From the NCBI GenBank assembly GCA_016186795.1, contig JACPKY010000002.1, forward strand, positions 529,044-593,043: DNA of 64,000 nt, read 5' to 3'. The translations under genes were made by a program, and so were the position numbers. Positions 48,360-58,132 of the stretch are shown here, piece by piece. Each line of letters opens with the position of its first letter. Within the stretch, counting starts at the first letter, position 1. The notes under the pieces were generated by a model. It was given only the letters and a program-made list of their open reading frames with translations, was not told the DNA's origin and did not search any database. The DNA comes from Candidatus Gottesmanbacteria bacterium (GTDB lineage Bacteria; Patescibacteriota; Microgenomatia; 2-02-FULL-39-11).

Positions 48360-49760
48360 TCATCCCACACTTCCCTCCATCTCTAGTTGTATAAGTCTAT
48401 TTAATTCCACAGCGTACTCAAGCGGCAACTCTTTCACAATAGGTTCAATAAAACCATTCACAATCATTGCCTCTGCATCTGCTTTCGATAATCCCCGACT
48501 CATGAGATAAAAGAGTTGTTCATCTCCGATTTTCGATACAGTTGCTTCATGTTCGATCTGAGTATCATTGGTCCGTATATCCATTGTAGGATACGTGTCT
48601 GATCGGGAAGCGTCATCGATGAGAAGCGCGTCGCACACTACTTTTGTTTTGGCTCCTCTTGCTGACTGCATAACCTGAATAAGTCCCCTGTAAGACGTCC
48701 TTCCTCCGCCACAACTTACCGATTTGGAAGTAATTTTGGATGTCGTGTTTGGGGCGAAATGCACTGCTTTCCCACCTGCATCTTGATGCTGTCCCGGTCC
48801 TGCATAGGCAATGGATAACACCTCTCCTCGAGCACCTTTTCCCATAAGATACACACTGGGATACTTCATCGTCAGCTTGGAGCCAATATTGCCATCAATC
48901 CACTCTCCGACTCCATCTTCTTCTACTCTCATCCTCTTAGTTACCAAATTATAGACATTGGTACTCCAGTTTTGAATCGTCGTATACCGAACACGTGCGT
49001 TTTTTTTGACAAAAATTTCAACAACTGCTGCGTGGAGAGAGTCTGTCGTGTAAATGGGAGCGGTGCATCCTTCGACGTAATGCACAAAAGATCCTTCGTC
49101 AGCAATAATAAGCGTCCGCTCAAACTGTCCCATGTTGGCAGCATTGATACGGAAATATGCTTGAAGTGGAAGCTCTACGTGTACGCCTTTGGGAACGTAG
49201 ATAAATGACCCACCAGACCATGTCGCACTATTAAGCGCTGCAAACTTATTATCATGAGGGGGAATAATTGTTCCGAAATACTCCTTGACCAGATCCGGAT
49301 ATTCGGCGAGTCCTGAATCCATATCAAGAAAAATGACGCCTTTCTTATCCAACGTTGTCTGGATGCTTTTATACACAACTTCACTTTCGTACTGTGCAGA
49401 CACTCCCCCTAAATATTTTTTCTCAGCCTCAGGGATTCCAATTCTGTCATACGTATCTTTGATTTCCTTCGGAAGATCTTCCCAACTCTTTGCTTTTTTC
49501 TGTGTCGGTTTAATATAGTAGTAAATATCGTCAAAATTAATTTTTGTCAGATCGCCTCCCCACATTGGGAGAGGTTTTTTATAGAATATCTCAAGCGCCT
49601 CAAGCCGAAATTTCCTCATCCAATCTGGTTCACCTTTATGGAAGGAGATTTCTTCAACAATTTCTGGTGAAAGTCCTTTTCGAGATTTAAAAACGTAATT
49701 TTCTGGTTTATGGAAACCAAATTTGTATCCCCCAACTGGATCAATGCTTGTTTGTGCCAT
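48360..49760 (-). CDS. sufB: Fe-S cluster assembly protein SufB
   Basis: 466 aa with typical SufB conservation including the C-terminal beta-helix. Confidence 0.85.
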   Translation of the reverse strand: MAQTSIDPVGGYKFGFHKPENYVFKSRKGLSPEIVEEISFHKGEPDWMRKFRLEALEIFYKKPLPMWGGDLTKINFDDIYYYIKPTQKKAKSWEDLPKEIKDTYDRIGIPEAEKKYLGGVSAQYESEVVYKSIQTTLDKKGVIFLDMDSGLAEYPDLVKEYFGTIIPPHDNKFAALNSATWSGGSFIYVPKGVHVELPLQAYFRINAANMGQFERTLIIADEGSFVHYVEGCTAPIYTTDSLHAAVVEIFVKKNARVRYTTIQNWSTNVYNLVTKRMRVEEDGVGEWIDGNIGSKLTMKYPSVYLMGKGARGEVLSIAYAGPGQHQDAGGKAVHFAPNTTSKITSKSVSCGGGRTSYRGLIQVMQSARGAKTKVVCDALLIDDASRSDTYPTMDIRTNDTQIEHEATVSKIGDEQLFYLMSRGLSKADAEAMIVNGFIEPIVKELPLEYAVELNRLIQLEMEGSVG

Positions 49761-49762
49761 AC

Positions 49763-50554
49763 TTAGTTTTTTGAATGATTTCCAATAAATTTTTTATACC
49801 CATTCTTCTCAATATCTTTCGCAAGTGTATACCCTCCTGATGCAACAATCGATCCGTTGACAAGAACATGAACAAAATCAGGTTTTACGTATTTCAGAAT
49901 TCTTTGGTAGTGGGTGATGATAAGAACTCCAGTGCCCTGCCTTTTTAGATCCATTATTGTGCGAGCAACAGTTTGTAATGCATCAACATCAAGACCTGTA
50001 TCGATTTCATCGAAGAGGGCAAACTTGGGTTTTAGGGTGAGCGCCTGAAGCATCTCTAGCTTTTTTTTCTCCCCACCTGAGAAATTATCATTCACTGCCC
50101 GGCCTAAAAATTCCTGAGGGATACCAAGATTTTTTGCTTTCTCAACAAGGAGCGTATTGAATTCCCACACAGAGAGAGCGGGATTTGCTACTACTCCATT
50201 TCCTTTGGGTTTCTTCCCGTGGATTGACTGATAGGCGGTCTTAAGAAGATTCCCAACGGAAACTCCAGGAACAGTTATTGGGTTTTGAAAAGCCAGAAAT
50301 ATTCCTTGCCTTGCACGTTCATCCGGCTTCATTGAAAGAATATTTTTCTTATTTATTTGAATTTGGGATTTGGGATTTGGGATTTCATAGGCCGGGTTAC
50401 CCATGATAATCTGGGCAAGCGTTGATTTTCCGCTCCCATTTGGCCCCATCAGTGCGTATACTTTGCCTGTTAAAAGAGAGAGCGAAACATCTTTCAGAAT
50501 CTGCCGGTCGGCTAAATGTGCACTGAGATTGGTTATTGTTAGTTTCATACTCAA
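49763..50554 (-). CDS. sufC: Fe-S cluster assembly ATPase SufC
   Basis: Walker [13 protein letters not shown] signature FSGGEKKK and Walker [12 protein letters not shown]. Confidence 0.85.
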   Translation of the reverse strand: MSMKLTITNLSAHLADRQILKDVSLSLLTGKVYALMGPNGSGKSTLAQIIMGNPAYEIPNPKSQIQINKKNILSMKPDERARQGIFLAFQNPITVPGVSVGNLLKTAYQSIHGKKPKGNGVVANPALSVWEFNTLLVEKAKNLGIPQEFLGRAVNDNFSGGEKKKLEMLQALTLKPKFALFDEIDTGLDVDALQTVARTIMDLKRQGTGVLIITHYQRILKYVKPDFVHVLVNGSIVASGGYTLAKDIEKNGYKKFIGNHSKN

Positions 50555-50949
50555 TACTTGGAAAACTGTGCAAGTGTGATATCTCCTAAATAATCCAGAA
50601 ACTTACTGTTTACTTTGTTCCAGAAAGAAAAACACGTACAATTCTTTTTTTCCAATCTGCACGTGCCATGGACACATGAGGGATTAATAATCTTTTCTGA
50701 TGTAGCCTTCAAAATTTGTGCAACGGAAATTGCTTTCGGTTCTCTGGATAATCTATATCCTCCGGCAATTCCCTCCCGACTTTCAATGAGTCTATGATCA
50801 CGAAGGGAGGAGGCAATATGCTTTAAGAAAAGTGGCGAAAGCTTTGTTTTTTTGGCTATGAGAGACACGGAAATGAACTTCTCGCAGTACTGCTCAGCCA
50901 AAACTTTCATAAATACGAGTGCGAAATCGTCGCGACGTGAAATTTTCAT
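50551..50949 (-). CDS. Rrf2-family transcriptional regulator (IscR/SufR-like) with a Cys cluster
   Basis: N-terminal wHTH and C-terminal CVHGTCRLEKKNCTC. It is the first gene of the suf operon, with a 4-nt overlap into sufC. Confidence 0.75.
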   Translation of the reverse strand: MKISRRDDFALVFMKVLAEQYCEKFISVSLIAKKTKLSPLFLKHIASSLRDHRLIESREGIAGGYRLSREPKAISVAQILKATSEKIINPSCVHGTCRLEKKNCTCFSFWNKVNSKFLDYLGDITLAQFSKY

Positions 50950-50993
50950 AAACTATCAGTAAAAAAGTACTAGTTTAGTGTAGCAAAAAAATC

Positions 50994-51563
50994 TTAGAAG
51001 GGCAAGGAGAGTGAAACCGCCTGAGAGGTGTTCTCTACATCAAAGGTAACCGGAAATTCTGTAATTCCCTTGTGAGTATTATAAAGGAGTTTTTTCTCAC
51101 GTTTGCCAAATTCATAAAGTTTCCTTGTAATTCGTACGTCGTCAAGGCAATACTTTTCCAATTTTTCCCACTCTCCCTTTGCAAAATACTCAAGTGCAAG
51201 GAGCCCATGCCCGGATTTATGGAGGTTAAGGGTTGTTTTCACCAGATCATCAAGAGCAAGTCTATGCCCCAATGCTTTTTCTACCTCGACAAGAATATCT
51301 AACGTTTTAAACTGGGTAATACTTCCTACGTAGTACGGTTCAAGAACTAAGAGATCGAATTTATCAATATTAAATCCGATAATCAGAGATGCATTCTCAA
51401 GACGATGGAAAAGCTCTGAAAGCTTCTCTTCCCGGTAAATCCTGTACTCATCAGTTGCGTAGTCATAAATGCCGACAACAGACACCTTAAGTTTTTTTGG
51501 GTTATATCCAACTTCATAAAAACTTTTTTGCGTTTCAAGGTCAAGAACAATTGGGAAAGACAT
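50994..51563 (-). CDS. Putative RNase H-like/DEDD 3'-5' exonuclease (YprB-like)
   Basis: N-terminal IVLDLETQ (DxE) and later acidic residues. The assignment is tentative. Confidence 0.4.
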   Translation of the reverse strand: MSFPIVLDLETQKSFYEVGYNPKKLKVSVVGIYDYATDEYRIYREEKLSELFHRLENASLIIGFNIDKFDLLVLEPYYVGSITQFKTLDILVEVEKALGHRLALDDLVKTTLNLHKSGHGLLALEYFAKGEWEKLEKYCLDDVRITRKLYEFGKREKKLLYNTHKGITEFPVTFDVENTSQAVSLSLPF

Positions 51564-51577
51564 GGGTAAAATTAAGC

Positions 51578-52504
51578 TTACAGAGTTTTTGAAATATCCT
51601 CAAGATGTTTTCTCTTCCTATGGGTGTACGCATCGACAGTTGATGTAAGGAAAATTCCTGCAAAAACAAACATACTTCCGGCAAGAAAATTTGCCGTTAC
51701 CCTCTCTCCGATGAGAAGTGTTGCGAAAATTGCCGTCGCAATAGGCTGAATATAGGATGAGAGACTTGTTGTGAGAGGAGATAGGTGTTTCACAGCAAAC
51801 TGAGTACAGATATATGCGAGAAATGTCGCAAAAATTCCCATATAGAGACCAATGAGAACAATTGTCAGAGATATGGTGATTTTTGCATTTCCCGTAAATA
51901 GCTCAACCCCGACAAGGAATGTTGCGATAAAAAGCGTCACAAATATTGACGTGCTTCCGATCTCCATCGGCGTAAAGTGTTTGGAGATTTTTTTGGAAGT
52001 GAGAATGTATGTCAACCACCCTCCCATAGCACCAAGGATTGCAAGATTTCCGACAAGGTTTCCCGAGATAGTTGTCCCTTTCTCAATTGCCGAAAGGTAC
52101 ACAATGTAGGCAACTCCTGCGAATCCGATGGCAACGCCTAAAACTTTTACCAATGGATGCTTTTCCTTCAGTACAAAAAAATTAAACAGAAGTATAAGTA
52201 CAGGCTGCACCGCATAGATCACTTGACTTGCTGATGCACTCGTATACTGAATTCCCCAAATGAAAAGTGCAACGTTTATTGTTGAAAACGATGATACGAA
52301 AAGAAGCTCCCGGAAACGTTTATTTTTCCATGGTTTGTCTTTGAGAAAAAAGGGGAGAAAGCAAACTGCACCGATAAAAAAACGGATAAAAAGAAGTACC
52401 ATCGGAGACACACTAAAAACAGCAAAGCGGGCAATAACTGCAAAGAATCCCCAGAACAAAATTGTGGCAAAAAGGGCAGAGACTGCAAGGAGTTTAATTC
52501 TCAT
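51578..52504 (-). CDS. EamA/DMT-family transporter
   Basis: 10 TM helices arranged as two EamA repeats. Confidence 0.7.
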   Translation of the reverse strand: MRIKLLAVSALFATILFWGFFAVIARFAVFSVSPMVLLFIRFFIGAVCFLPFFLKDKPWKNKRFRELLFVSSFSTINVALFIWGIQYTSASASQVIYAVQPVLILLFNFFVLKEKHPLVKVLGVAIGFAGVAYIVYLSAIEKGTTISGNLVGNLAILGAMGGWLTYILTSKKISKHFTPMEIGSTSIFVTLFIATFLVGVELFTGNAKITISLTIVLIGLYMGIFATFLAYICTQFAVKHLSPLTTSLSSYIQPIATAIFATLLIGERVTANFLAGSMFVFAGIFLTSTVDAYTHRKRKHLEDISKTL

Positions 52505-53061
52505 ACCTTTTCGGGAAGGACCACTTTCCTAATGGCAAATCTGAGCCATGGAGTGTATATACTCGTTTGATTTATTACTTCACTCACAAGAGATCGAGCT
52601 GGAATTTTTTTGATGTCTTCAATTTCAACGGGATTCGGATGAGGAACATCCATAGTTTTCCCAACGAGGACGTAGCAAAATTCATTTTCGCAATCTCCAT
52701 TGAACTTCGCAAAGTAGTAAAACGAACCAACCTTACGAAAGTTTACCTCTATTCCCAACTCCTCTTTACCACGTCTTTCTGCGGCTCTTTCTGTAGATTC
52801 CCCAGGTAAAACATGACTAATTGTTGATGCATCCCAGAAACCTGCCCAAAGGGACTTCTGCTTCCCTCTTTTTGTCATCCACACGTTTCCTTTCTCGTCA
52901 TACACAAATGCCATAAATGCTAAATGCGTTTTTCCATCAGCCTGATGACACATTTTCCGAGTTGCAAAACCATTCGGTTTTCCATGCTGATCACAGGTTA
53001 TAAGAAGTTGGTCCCTTCGTTCACCTTTTAAATCGTGAAATGGATGAGTGTTTTTTTTCAT
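52501..53061 (-). CDS. idi: Isopentenyl-diphosphate delta-isomerase, type 1 (Nudix fold)
   Basis: HLAFMAFVYDEKGNVWMTKR, WAGFWDASTISHVLPGESTERAAERRGKEELGI, ENEFCYV and TPWL together align closely to E. coli Idi. Confidence 0.7.
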   Translation of the reverse strand: MKKNTHPFHDLKGERRDQLLITCDQHGKPNGFATRKMCHQADGKTHLAFMAFVYDEKGNVWMTKRGKQKSLWAGFWDASTISHVLPGESTERAAERRGKEELGIEVNFRKVGSFYYFAKFNGDCENEFCYVLVGKTMDVPHPNPVEIEDIKKIPARSLVSEVINQTSIYTPWLRFAIRKVVLPEKV

Positions 53062-53828
53062 AAATTTTGTGAAAGGATAAATTTCTCGAGGACATGGATT
53101 ATTCCACCCTGCTCATAAGGTGGCGCGATATAATCGGCAATTTCTTTTATTTCCGCAACAGCATTCCCCATCGCTATTTTCAATCCACATGCCATCAGAA
53201 GCTGATAGTCATTATAACTATCACCGATCCCTATAATCTCTTTTGTAGAAACTCCTAAGATTTTTGCCACCTCCATAACCCCATGCTGTTTGGTTGCTCG
53301 CCCACTCGTTACATGAATTGACTGGCTCTTCACTCCTATTCCTGAAACGCTTTTTGTCACCGATATTGTTGGAATTTGACTAAGCGACTGATAGAGATCA
53401 TTAGCCTTTGCTGGCGTTACTCCGAGAACCAATATTTTGGTAATCTTCCATGTTCTAATTTTATCGGGACTATCGAGTCGTCTTTCATCCTCTAGGATAA
53501 ATATTCGAAGAGTAGGATCTTTGATAATGATTGACAGTACCTTTTCAACCTCTTCCCGCGATAAGTAAATACTTGACAGATACAGCCTCTTCCCACAATC
53601 ATAGATCCGGGCACCATTATCAAGGATTATTGGCTCGGTAAGAGAAAGACTGTCAACCAAATCTTCCAACCAGTCAAGCGACCGCCCTGTTGCCAAAGAG
53701 AAATAAATACCTCTTTGCCGAACACGAATCACAACATCCACTATTTTGGGTGGAAGTTTTGGTGCGGGATACTCACTTGGTGGAATAAGTGTTCCATCAA
53801 CATCGGAAATAATTGCTTTGTATTTCAT
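53058..53828 (-). CDS. HAD-superfamily hydrolase, Cof-type (IIB)
   Basis: DVDGTL motif I and GDSYND motif IV. Confidence 0.7.
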   Translation of the reverse strand: MKYKAIISDVDGTLIPPSEYPAPKLPPKIVDVVIRVRQRGIYFSLATGRSLDWLEDLVDSLSLTEPIILDNGARIYDCGKRLYLSSIYLSREEVEKVLSIIIKDPTLRIFILEDERRLDSPDKIRTWKITKILVLGVTPAKANDLYQSLSQIPTISVTKSVSGIGVKSQSIHVTSGRATKQHGVMEVAKILGVSTKEIIGIGDSYNDYQLLMACGLKIAMGNAVAEIKEIADYIAPPYEQGGIIHVLEKFILSQNL

Positions 53829-54379
53829 GCCAACTTCTCAATAAGTTTTTCGACAGCTTCCTCAGGGGTTTGGACTCTTGTATACATCTTGTTTAGATAT
53901 AAAGGGGTAAATCCTTCTCTCTCCATCTTTTCCAAAAGATGATAAAATTCTTCATAGTACCCATCAAGGATAATGAGAGGTTTTGTCTCTTCAATCTCAT
54001 ATTTCCGTTTCAAAGCAAGAATCTCCGTTATTTCATACAAAGTCCCGATCCCTCCCGGAAGGGCCAGAAATCCATCTGCAAAACTAGTAAGTCGCAATTG
54101 CCGCTCACGCAACGAATGAAATAGTTCTTTCTCTTTGAGGAAATTAGAATTCACTCTTCCTGCAATTTCCAGGCAAATCCCGATTGTATGTCCTCCTGCC
54201 TCATACGCCCCTCGGCTCACTTCATTCATAAGCCCGGGACCTCCACCTGAGACAACAGTAAATCCATGTTCGGCGAGGAGTTTCCCTGTTCGATACGAAA
54301 GGGAAAAGTAATACTCTTCTCGTTCTTTAATACATTCGTTTCCTGCAAAAATTACGATTTTTTTACCCATACGAAACAA
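53825..54379 (-). CDS. LOG-family protein (cytokinin riboside 5'-monophosphate phosphoribohydrolase-like)
   Basis: GGGPGLM and PGGIGTLYE motifs. Confidence 0.7.
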   Translation of the reverse strand: MFRMGKKIVIFAGNECIKEREEYYFSLSYRTGKLLAEHGFTVVSGGGPGLMNEVSRGAYEAGGHTIGICLEIAGRVNSNFLKEKELFHSLRERQLRLTSFADGFLALPGGIGTLYEITEILALKRKYEIEETKPLIILDGYYEEFYHLLEKMEREGFTPLYLNKMYTRVQTPEEAVEKLIEKLA

Positions 54380-54432
54380 TCAATTATAGCAAAAGACAGG
54401 GAATAGTAGAAAAGATATAATGTCATCGGACT

Positions 54433-55731
54433 ATGAAACAAAAAAATGCTTTTGAAATTCTCAAACTTGGGTACAATGTTTATTTAACCGGCGAAGCTGG
54501 ATCAGGAAAAACTTACCTTTTGAATAAATATATCTCGTATCTTCGATCCAAACGAGCAGAAGTAGCAGTGACCGCTTCAACAGGAATTGCGGCAACACAT
54601 CTGGGAGGTATGACGATTGATTCTTGGTCTAGTATCAATCTTCCTCTTCAAATTGCTGAGAATAAACCTTATCTTCGGAGACGAATCCAAAAGACAAAAG
54701 TCCTTATTATCGATGAGATCTCTATGGTACATGGGGAACGTCTTGACCGGATTAATACTATCTGCAAAAAAATCCGAGGAAATACTTTACCATTTGGCGG
54801 AATACAAGTTGTCCTCTCAGGTGATTTTTTCCAGCTTCCTCCAGTTTCTGAGAAAAGAGAAAACTTTGACTTCGTCTATAAATCTCAATCATGGAGAGAG
54901 TTAACCCCGCATATTTTGTATCTTGAGAGCCAATACCGTCAGACAGATCCGGAATTTAACAAGGTTTTATCAGATATCCGGAATAACTCTGTTACGAGTG
55001 AGACAATCGAACTTTTACGAAAAACCGTCCATCAGCCAATCCAAGGACCAATTACCCCTGCCAAACTCTACACACATAACGTCGATGCCGATGCAATAAA
55101 CCAAGAAGAGCTGGATAAAATCTCCCAAGAATCTCATCAGTATGAAATGATTTCGTTGGGATCTGAGGGGTTGGTAGCGTCGATGAAACGAGGATGTCTA
55201 GCGCCAGTTCATCTTGTTTTAAAAAAGGAAGCACACGTCATGTTTGTCCGCAACAATAGTGAAGAAGGATATTCAAACGGTACCGTTGGAAAAGTTGTTG
55301 GATTTGATAGAGACGGAAATCCGATTGTTGAAACTTCTGATAAGAAAAAAATTCATGTCAAACCAGCACAATGGACGATTATTGAGGAAGGAAAAATACG
55401 GGCAGAACTTATTCAACTTCCACTTCGCCTTGCTTGGGCAATTACGGTCCATAAAAGCCAGGGAATGACCTTATCAGCTGCAGAAATTGATCTTTCCAAG
55501 TCGTTTGTGCATGGTATGGGATATGTCGCACTTTCCCGCGTCCGGTCACTTAGGGGCATCAAGCTTCTTGGAATTAATAATCTTGCACTGCAAGTTAACC
55601 CAGAAATAACTGAATTTGATAGATCCCTAAAAGAAGAATCAAGAAAAGAAGAAAATAATTTCAAGATGATGGGATTTTTCAAGAAGTTTTTTGCGCGACG
55701 AAAATTTGTGTACTTCCTTACTTCACGGTAA
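54433..55731 (+). CDS. Pif1/RecD2-family superfamily 1 DNA helicase
   Basis: Walker A GEAGSGKT, DEISM (Walker B) and C-terminal AITVHKSQGMTL (motif VI). Confidence 0.7.
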   Translation: MKQKNAFEILKLGYNVYLTGEAGSGKTYLLNKYISYLRSKRAEVAVTASTGIAATHLGGMTIDSWSSINLPLQIAENKPYLRRRIQKTKVLIIDEISMVHGERLDRINTICKKIRGNTLPFGGIQVVLSGDFFQLPPVSEKRENFDFVYKSQSWRELTPHILYLESQYRQTDPEFNKVLSDIRNNSVTSETIELLRKTVHQPIQGPITPAKLYTHNVDADAINQEELDKISQESHQYEMISLGSEGLVASMKRGCLAPVHLVLKKEAHVMFVRNNSEEGYSNGTVGKVVGFDRDGNPIVETSDKKKIHVKPAQWTIIEEGKIRAELIQLPLRLAWAITVHKSQGMTLSAAEIDLSKSFVHGMGYVALSRVRSLRGIKLLGINNLALQVNPEITEFDRSLKEESRKEENNFKMMGFFKKFFARRKFVYFLTSR

Positions 55732-55749
55732 AAATATCCATATCAATTG

Positions 55750-56010
55750 TTATCTACCCTTGAGTGGCATTGTCCCCGTGATTGGATGAGTACCCCAGCG
55801 AGTTCCACGACCATGCATCTCTACCTTTTCGCCTAATGGAACACTACTTGGACTTCCGATCCCTGGGGGACGATAAACTATAGGCATATCACCCTCCCAA
55901 ACAGTAGGTTGTGACTGTGGTTTTTTCATCTTTGCGCGAGATTTTTCTGCACGCTTTTTTTGTTCTTCTACAAGTTTTGCCGCCCAACCTTCTGACAAAC
56001 CTTCTGCCAT
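55750..56010 (-). CDS. Small hypothetical protein (86 aa)
   Basis: ORF only. Basic N-terminus and a Gly/Pro-rich C-terminus. No family recognised. Confidence 0.2.
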   Translation of the reverse strand: MAEGLSEGWAAKLVEEQKKRAEKSRAKMKKPQSQPTVWEGDMPIVYRPPGIGSPSSVPLGEKVEMHGRGTRWGTHPITGTMPLKGR

Positions 56011-56061
56011 AAGATAAATTCTAAACCTATTCTAGGTTATAAGCAATAGAAACCATTATTC

Positions 56062-56090
56062 TAGACTTCGAAAGTAAGCTGAAGTAAAAT
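56062..56090 (+). promoter_or_regulatory. Candidate promoter for tRNA-Gln
   Basis: TAGACT at 56062-56067, a 17-nt spacer, then TAAAAT at 56085-56090, ending 8 nt before the tRNA. Confidence 0.3.
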
Positions 56091-56098
56091 ACTTTCAC

Positions 56099-56169
56099 TG
56101 CGGGATCGTCTAATGGTAGGACACGTCCCTCTGGAGGATGGTATCTTGGTCCGAATCCAAGTCCCGCAG
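56099..56169 (+). tRNA. tRNA-Gln (anticodon CUG)
   Basis: Manual fold: acceptor TGCGGGA/TCCCGCA with U1-A72 and discriminator G73 (bacterial tRNA-Gln identity elements), D-stem GTCT/GGAC, anticodon stem CGTCC/GGATG, loop CTCTGGA, T-arm CTTGG-TCCGAAT-CCAAG. The T-loop has C in place of the usual U55. Confidence 0.7.
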
Positions 56170-56241
56170 CTCGCAGCCTTTCTATGAAAGGCTAAGATAC
56201 CAATTGTGTCATCGAGTCATCGAATCGAGAGAATAACCTTT

Positions 56242-56523
56242 ATGTCTTTTACAGTTTATATCCTCCGTACTTCAGCAAATACTCTTTATATTGGGCAAAC
56301 GAACAATCTTGAAAAACGATTGGCCCAGCACAAAAATAAAAATCCGAAGGCGGCAAAATATACTCGATATTTCAATTCCTTTACGCTTGTATATACTGAA
56401 ACCTACTCGACCCGAAGCTTAGCGATGCAACGAGAGTGGCAATTGAAACAATTATCCCGAGATAAAAAGGAGATATTGATTAGAGATAGTACCATCGCAG
56501 AAAAGAGTTCGAGCTTTTTCTGA
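56242..56523 (+). CDS. GIY-YIG nuclease-family small protein (YhbQ/UPF0213-like)
   Basis: FTVYILRTSANTLYIGQTNNLEKRLAQH is the GIY-YIG core. Start chosen at MSFTVY. The ORF-track version begins at 56206. Confidence 0.65.
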   Translation: MSFTVYILRTSANTLYIGQTNNLEKRLAQHKNKNPKAAKYTRYFNSFTLVYTETYSTRSLAMQREWQLKQLSRDKKEILIRDSTIAEKSSSFF

Positions 56524-56526
56524 AAT

Positions 56527-57339
56527 TTATACGATGCCATTAAGCTTTTGTTTAAAAATAGCCACGACACCAAACATAGAGAGTGCAAATAAGACAATTG
56601 TGCCACCCGCGGGTAAATTTAAGTAATACGCTGCAAATAACCCGATTATTGTTGACAGAAGTGCAAAACCTATGGAAAAGTAGATCGTTTGCAAAAAACT
56701 TTTGGCAAATTGCATAGATGTCGTTACAGGAATAACCATTAGGGCTCCAATTAAAAGAATGCCGACGACTCGCATAGAAAGAGAAACCGTAATGGCTGTA
56801 AGAATTAACAAAATTGTGTTGACAAAATCGACAGAAATTCCACTTACCCGTGCGCTTTCCTCATCAAATGATGAGTAGAGGAGTTTTTTATGAAAGATTG
56901 AAATGACTATCATTGCCGCTATTCCCAGGATCAATACCAACCATAACTCGCTTTCTCGAACTGTTGTGATACTGCCGAAAAGATAACCAAAAAGATTACT
57001 GTTTATTCCATTGGCAAGACTAATAAGCACAATCGAAAGCGCCAGTCCCCCTGGTAAAAACATTGCTAGTATTGCCTCGCTTGGGATATTTTTGAGTTTC
57101 CGTAAGTGTTCTATGAGAACTGAGGCAAAAACTGTGAGAATAACGGTGGTAACCAATGGCTGAGTTTTCGTAAGTAAACCTATTGCCACACCGGAAAGAG
57201 CGATATGAGAAAGCGTGTCGGCAATCAAAGAGAAGCGCCGAATCACAAGGAAGCTGCCGATAAGCGGTGCAATCACAGCAATCATACTACCTGCAATAAA
57301 TGCCCGAACCATGAAGCTATATTGAAAAATTTCAAGCAT
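56527..57339 (-). CDS. znuB: Metal ABC transporter permease (ZnuB/TroC family)
   Basis: ABC-3 family. 8 TM helices and a conserved DEESARVSGI-type loop. Confidence 0.75.
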   Translation of the reverse strand: MLEIFQYSFMVRAFIAGSMIAVIAPLIGSFLVIRRFSLIADTLSHIALSGVAIGLLTKTQPLVTTVILTVFASVLIEHLRKLKNIPSEAILAMFLPGGLALSIVLISLANGINSNLFGYLFGSITTVRESELWLVLILGIAAMIVISIFHKKLLYSSFDEESARVSGISVDFVNTILLILTAITVSLSMRVVGILLIGALMVIPVTTSMQFAKSFLQTIYFSIGFALLSTIIGLFAAYYLNLPAGGTIVLFALSMFGVVAIFKQKLNGIV

Positions 57340-57364
57340 TGTTTGGTAAGCTCATAAATAGTAA

Positions 57365-58117
57365 CTAGTGTCCATGGACGACAAATTTTAGGCCTTTTCC
57401 GTATAACGATTCGATAAAGTTACTCTTGAGAACTTCTTTTGGTGTTCCATGGCAAACCAGTTTGCAATTTAGGCAGGCGATTGTTTCTACTTCGTTTGCC
57501 ACCACATCAATATCGTGTGAGACTAAAATTAATGTTAATTTCATCTTTTTATTCAAATCACGGAGTAATTGGTAAAATTTCGCTTGTGAATCAACGTCGA
57601 CTCCCACTGTTGGTTCATCGAGTATCAAAAGTTCTGGATTTGATGCTAATGCTCGTGCGATAAAGACACGTTGCTGTTGTCCACCTGAAAGCTGGGTTAA
57701 GAGTTTTTTTTTAAATCTTCCCATGTTTACTGCTTTCAAAGACTCCTCAATTGCTTCTCTATCTTCTGATGACGTAAAATCAAATAGTCGACTCCCGTTG
57801 ATCCTCCCCATGCCGACTGCTTCTTCAACTGTTATTGGAAAACGCATAAATGACGTTATAACTCTTTGGGGAACGTACCCTATTTTTGACCACTGTTTGA
57901 AAGACTTGATATTTTCACCAAACAATGTAACTTTACCAGTTTGAGGCGTTAAAAGGCCGAGAATTATTTTTAGAAGTGTTGTCTTACCACTCCCATTGGG
58001 TCCAATTATTCCAAGAAATTCACCTTTTTTTACTTGGAAATTGATAGAATCTAACGCTAACTCACCATTGTAGCGAAACGAAACGTTATCAATACTGACA
58101 AGTACATCATTTGCCAT
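57365..58117 (-). CDS. znuC: Metal ABC transporter ATPase (ZnuC-like)
   Basis: GPNGSGKTT, LSGGQQQR and ILDEPT motifs. Confidence 0.8.
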   Translation of the reverse strand: MANDVLVSIDNVSFRYNGELALDSINFQVKKGEFLGIIGPNGSGKTTLLKIILGLLTPQTGKVTLFGENIKSFKQWSKIGYVPQRVITSFMRFPITVEEAVGMGRINGSRLFDFTSSEDREAIEESLKAVNMGRFKKKLLTQLSGGQQQRVFIARALASNPELLILDEPTVGVDVDSQAKFYQLLRDLNKKMKLTLILVSHDIDVVANEVETIACLNCKLVCHGTPKEVLKSNFIESLYGKGLKFVVHGH

Positions 58118-58132
58118 TTGCCTTTTGTTATT

